This document shows positions 60,316 through 64,000 of a DNA stretch of 64,000 nt, piece after piece. Source of the DNA: Candidatus Uhrbacteria bacterium (GTDB lineage: Bacteria; Patescibacteriota; Patescibacteriia; UBA9934); assembly GCA_963822405.1 (NCBI GenBank), contig CAWGHH010000004.1:70226-134225 (forward strand), read 5' to 3'. A program made the position numbers and the translations under genes. The notes below the pieces were generated by a model. The model was not told the DNA's origin, searched no databases, and saw only the letters and a program-made list of their open reading frames with translations. Every line of letters starts with the position of its first letter. Position 1 is the stretch's first letter.

Positions 60316-62811
60316 CTATTTATCTGCCCCTTCTTCTCCCCCAACAATCGTGGCTGTTGCCACCTTATCTGATGGCGTCTTGAAGCGCATGACTTTCACG
60401 CCTTGAGTGGCTCGGCCAAGCACTGAAACCGTGTTCACGGCCGTTCTAATGATCTGACCAGCTACAGATACAACCAACAAATCCCTATCGTCTTTCTCTT
60501 TGACGATATGTGAGGCTACTAGTTTACCTGTTTTTGGCGACAACTGCGCTGCCTTGATTCCTTGTCCGCCACGATTCTGCAAGGTGTATTCCTCTACCGG
60601 CGAACGTTTGCCGTAACCGTTTTCCATGATGTTCAGGAATAGTCGGCCGTCCTTCAAGTCTTCCTGGGTGATCACGTCCATACCGATCACCTCATCTTCA
60701 CCCTTTAGTTTGATACCTCGAACACCAGCGGCGACTCTGCCCATGCCTCGAACATCCTCTTCCGAGAAGTGAATGGACATTCCGTTATAAGTAGTGAGCA
60801 GAATGTCATCTTTACCCGTCGAGGTCTTGACCCACTGCAAGTTATCGCCGTCGTTTAGCTTAATCGCAATCAAGCCAGACTTACGGACGTTTTCAAAATC
60901 GTCGAGTGATGTCTTCTTGATTGTTCCCCGGCTAGTCACCATGACAATGTATTTTGCTTTGCTCTTTTTCAAGTCGCCCGTGAGCACTGCAGTAACTTTT
61001 TCGCCTGGACCAAGTTCGAGGAAATTCACGATCGCCTGCCCCTTTGCAGTCCTTGATGCTTCTGGAATGTCATAAGCCTTCAAACGGAACACTCGGCCAC
61101 GAGACGTGAAGAACATCATGTCTTCATGGGTACTCGTCGACCAAATGTTTTCAACCGAATCTTCTTCTTTAGTCGTAAGACCGATAACACCCTTTCCGCC
61201 ACGGCCTTGAACAGTGAAATTATCAGGCGACACGCGCTTGATATAGCCGTCCTTGGTCATCAAAACAACCGTCTGGACATCTGGAATCAAATCCTCCATT
61301 GAGAACTCCTTCACGCCAGACTTAATGATTTTTGTTCGGCGAGCGTCACCGTATTCCTTCATGAGCACCTCGATTTCATCAGTAATCACCTTCATCATCT
61401 TTTTGTCAGACGCCAAAATTGATTCAAGCTCTTTCATGATCTTCGTCTTCTCCTTGTGCTCTTCTTCAACGCGCAAACGCTCAAGATTCGCGAGAGCTTG
61501 TAGGCGCATTTCAAGAATGGCAATTGCCTGACGCTCCGTCATCTTAAACCGCTTCATCAAATTAACTCGCGCCTCATCTTTATCAGCCGACTTCTTGATA
61601 GTAGCGATCACCTCGTCAATGTTCTCGAGTGCGATGATCAACCCGTCGAGGATATGCAAACGATCCTTGATCTTGTCGAGATCAAACTGGGTACGACGTT
61701 TAACAACAACTCGGCGGTGCTTGACGTGTTCTTCAAGAATCTGCTTCAAGTTCAAAATACGCGGCTGAATCCCGTCGACCAAAGCTAAAACGTTATAGTG
61801 GAACGAGGTCTGAAGTGGCGTCATCTGGTACAACATGTTCAACACTTTTCGAGGGTACGAGTCCTTCTTTAGCTCGATAACAATCCGCACACCCTCTTTG
61901 TTTGATTCGTCACGAAGATCACGAATACCCTCAATTTTCTTTTCGCGAACCAAATCTGCAATCTTTTCAATCAAGGTCGACTTGTTCACCATGTACGGGA
62001 TCTCGGACACCACGATCATGCTCATGTCCTTCTTGCCTTCGACAATTTCTGCCGTGGCCCTGCAAACTACTCCCCCGCGACCAGTTGAATACGCCGTTCT
62101 CAAATCATTTGCTCCGTAAACGATTCCTCCAGTTGGGAAATCAGGTCCCGGAATGTGCACCATTAGATCTTCAACCGTCATGTCAGGATTTTCGATCAAC
62201 GCCAAAAGACCAGCACAAACTTCCTTCACGTTATGTGGAGGAATGTTAGTGGCCATACCAACAGCAATACCGAGCGTGCCGTTTACGAGAAGGTTCGGTA
62301 ATTTTGTCGGCAAAACAACTGGCTCTTCATGAGAACCATCGTAGTTTGGGCGGAAATCAACTGTATTCTTTTCAATGTCGGTCAACAATTCCTCGGAAAT
62401 ATAAGAAAGCTTAGCTTCCGTGTAACGCATGGCAGCCGCTGAGTCTCCGTCCATTGAACCAAAGTTTCCTTGACCCTGAACGAGCAAATAACGCGTCGAA
62501 AAGTCCTGTGCCATGCGCACCATGGACTCGTAGATAGCCGAGTCACCATGAGGGTGATACTTGGCCATCACTTCTCCAACTACGTTGGCAGACTTACGGA
62601 AACGCGCCGTTGGCCTAAGACCAATAGTCCACATTGCGTACAAAATTCGACGATGCACCGGCTTCAAACCGTCACGCACATCAGGAAGCGCGCGCGAAAC
62701 AATCACGCTCATGGCGTAATCTAGGTAACATCTTCGCATCTCCTCTGTAATGCTCTGCTCAATGATTGTCCCAATTGGCTGTAACTTCTGTTCTTCAGGT
62801 TCTTTTGCCAT
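60316..62811 (-). CDS. gyrA: DNA gyrase subunit A
   Basis: [24 protein letters not shown], GyrA-box QGRGGKG. Confidence 0.97.
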   Translation of the reverse strand: MAKEPEEQKLQPIGTIIEQSITEEMRRCYLDYAMSVIVSRALPDVRDGLKPVHRRILYAMWTIGLRPTARFRKSANVVGEVMAKYHPHGDSAIYESMVRMAQDFSTRYLLVQGQGNFGSMDGDSAAAMRYTEAKLSYISEELLTDIEKNTVDFRPNYDGSHEEPVVLPTKLPNLLVNGTLGIAVGMATNIPPHNVKEVCAGLLALIENPDMTVEDLMVHIPGPDFPTGGIVYGANDLRTAYSTGRGGVVCRATAEIVEGKKDMSMIVVSEIPYMVNKSTLIEKIADLVREKKIEGIRDLRDESNKEGVRIVIELKKDSYPRKVLNMLYQMTPLQTSFHYNVLALVDGIQPRILNLKQILEEHVKHRRVVVKRRTQFDLDKIKDRLHILDGLIIALENIDEVIATIKKSADKDEARVNLMKRFKMTERQAIAILEMRLQALANLERLRVEEEHKEKTKIMKELESILASDKKMMKVITDEIEVLMKEYGDARRTKIIKSGVKEFSMEDLIPDVQTVVLMTKDGYIKRVSPDNFTVQGRGGKGVIGLTTKEEDSVENIWSTSTHEDMMFFTSRGRVFRLKAYDIPEASRTAKGQAIVNFLELGPGEKVTAVLTGDLKKSKAKYIVMVTSRGTIKKTSLDDFENVRKSGLIAIKLNDGDNLQWVKTSTGKDDILLTTYNGMSIHFSEEDVRGMGRVAAGVRGIKLKGEDEVIGMDVITQEDLKDGRLFLNIMENGYGKRSPVEEYTLQNRGGQGIKAAQLSPKTGKLVASHIVKEKDDRDLLVVSVAGQIIRTAVNTVSVLGRATQGVKVMRFKTPSDKVATATIVGGEEGADK

Positions 62812-62817
62812 ACGAGC

Positions 62818-63147
62818 CTATTGTCCGCTAGGAGTTGTGGGTGCGGGTACCGAAGTATCCTGCAAAAGTTTCTTAAATTTTTCAACTGCAGTATCAGCAG
62901 CTGTAGGAGCAGCCTGTGCAACGCCTTCTTTAGCTGGCGCTGTAGCCGCTAAACTAGTATCAGCAAACTGCGTCTTCATGTCTGCGTAGTCAGTTCTCAC
63001 TGAAGCCAAAGCTCTAGTAGAGAGCGTAGCATTCAGCTGAGCAACTCCAACTATGACAACAACTACGAAGGCTCCAACAAAAATTGCTAAGAGTTCTTGC
63101 TTACCCTTTGGAATCTTCCGCTTGATAATGAGTCTATTTCCCTCCAT
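62818..63147 (-). CDS. Single-TM hypothetical protein
   Basis: ORF fills the gap in a minus-strand operon; one TM. Confidence 0.65.
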   Translation of the reverse strand: MEGNRLIIKRKIPKGKQELLAIFVGAFVVVVIVGVAQLNATLSTRALASVRTDYADMKTQFADTSLAATAPAKEGVAQAAPTAADTAVEKFKKLLQDTSVPAPTTPSGQ

Positions 63148-63155
63148 AAGCTATT

Positions 63156-63794
63156 TTATTTAGTGAAAATCACTAATTTCATATCTTCCTCGGGCAAACC
63201 AGACTTCACAATCTTCAGCTTGTTCACTTCTTCTGTTGGGCAACCAAGTTCTCGCTTAATAGCATCTGCCGTTCCGTAGTCATCTCCCCCGTCTACATAA
63301 GATGGGATCACTAGGCGAGGTTCGATTTGGGCAACAACCTCAGCTGCTAATGACGCGGTGAGTACATTCTTTCCCCCGGCTGGCAAAATGAGAATGTCGA
63401 TTGGCCCGAGCCCTTCGATCTCTTTCTCCGTCAAAACTCGATCAATCGCCCCAAGGAATCCAATCTTCACACCTTCAATATCAAAGTGATAAATAGTATG
63501 TGCAGTGCCATCTTTCTTAGTAGCATCAACTCCAGCAACTGCCACTCCCCCAACCTCATATTCCCCCGCGTGCGGAATGTTGAACACCTTTTTGTGATCC
63601 TCTGGATGTTCAGGTTCCACGGCCTTAAAGTTGTTCGCGTCAGCCTCATCATGGCTACTAACAACCAATGACGCAACCTGCGCTTTAAATTTAGTGTTCG
63701 GGCTATTAAATGGATTCGTCACCAAAGTAACATCAGCCTGCGCCGGTTTTGCCACAATCGTAAAACTCCCAAGTCCGTTATAAGCAATCTGCAT
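63156..63794 (-). CDS. MBL-fold hydrolase (Lactamase_B_3-like, degenerate)
   Basis: GEYEVGGV, IDILILPAGG, IEPRLVIP; start at MQIAY. Confidence 0.8.
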   Translation of the reverse strand: MQIAYNGLGSFTIVAKPAQADVTLVTNPFNSPNTKFKAQVASLVVSSHDEADANNFKAVEPEHPEDHKKVFNIPHAGEYEVGGVAVAGVDATKKDGTAHTIYHFDIEGVKIGFLGAIDRVLTEKEIEGLGPIDILILPAGGKNVLTASLAAEVVAQIEPRLVIPSYVDGGDDYGTADAIKRELGCPTEEVNKLKIVKSGLPEEDMKLVIFTK

Positions 63795-63870
63795 AAGTGT
63801 ATTTCCCGTACAGATTACCACGACCCCCACAAAATACCAACACAAAATACACACACCAAATGCCAAACAA

Positions 63871-64000
63871 CTACTCCGCCCCCTCCTCTCTCACCTCCTC
63901 CTCTTCAAGCACCGTTGACCAATTCTCAATCTCCTTCATAATTTCATCCTCAACTGGATCACGCTCGACAATTGACCAACCTTCTTCGAATTGATCCGCC
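63871..64000 (-). CDS. C-terminal end of an unidentified protein (runs off window)
   Basis: Open frame ADQFEEGWSIVERDPVEDEIMKEIENWSTVLEEEEVREEGAE-stop. Confidence 0.55.
   Translation of the reverse strand, partial: ADQFEEGWSIVERDPVEDEIMKEIENWSTVLEEEEVREEGAE

Overview
This is a gene-dense bacterial window whose content fits a Patescibacteria/CPR (Parcubacteria-like) genome; that assignment is inferred. Housekeeping genes are fusA (partial), rpsG, rpsL, murA, ndk, a split comEC, leuS, gdhA, rarA, trxB, trxA, infB, mutM, truB, rny, hup, proS, rnc, nusB, rpmF, gyrA and two tRNAs. Two large cell-surface loci are each headed by a giant Thr/Gly/Ser-rich repetitive fibre-like gene (about 2840 and 2540 aa if repaired; both are interrupted in this sequence). 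The first locus continues into WxL-like, DUF916-like, dockerin and cohesin genes. Solitary orphan genes with strong Shine-Dalgarno (SD) sites and, in most cases, their own terminators are scattered among housekeeping genes that lack an SD. Three families of short palindromic repeats occur. Family 1 is a 27-bp GTAG-type REP-like element (9 copies) and family 2 is a ~30-35-bp CCCCC..GGGGG element (7 copies); both sit mostly in-frame inside genes such as leuS, comEC, truB and an RsmB-like gene. Family 3 is six intergenic 80-100-bp hairpins with co-varying stems and a conserved apex AGGAGGTA(A/C)TCCGACTC, nearly complementary to the canonical 16S rRNA 3' end. No CRISPR array, transposase, integrase or rRNA was seen.
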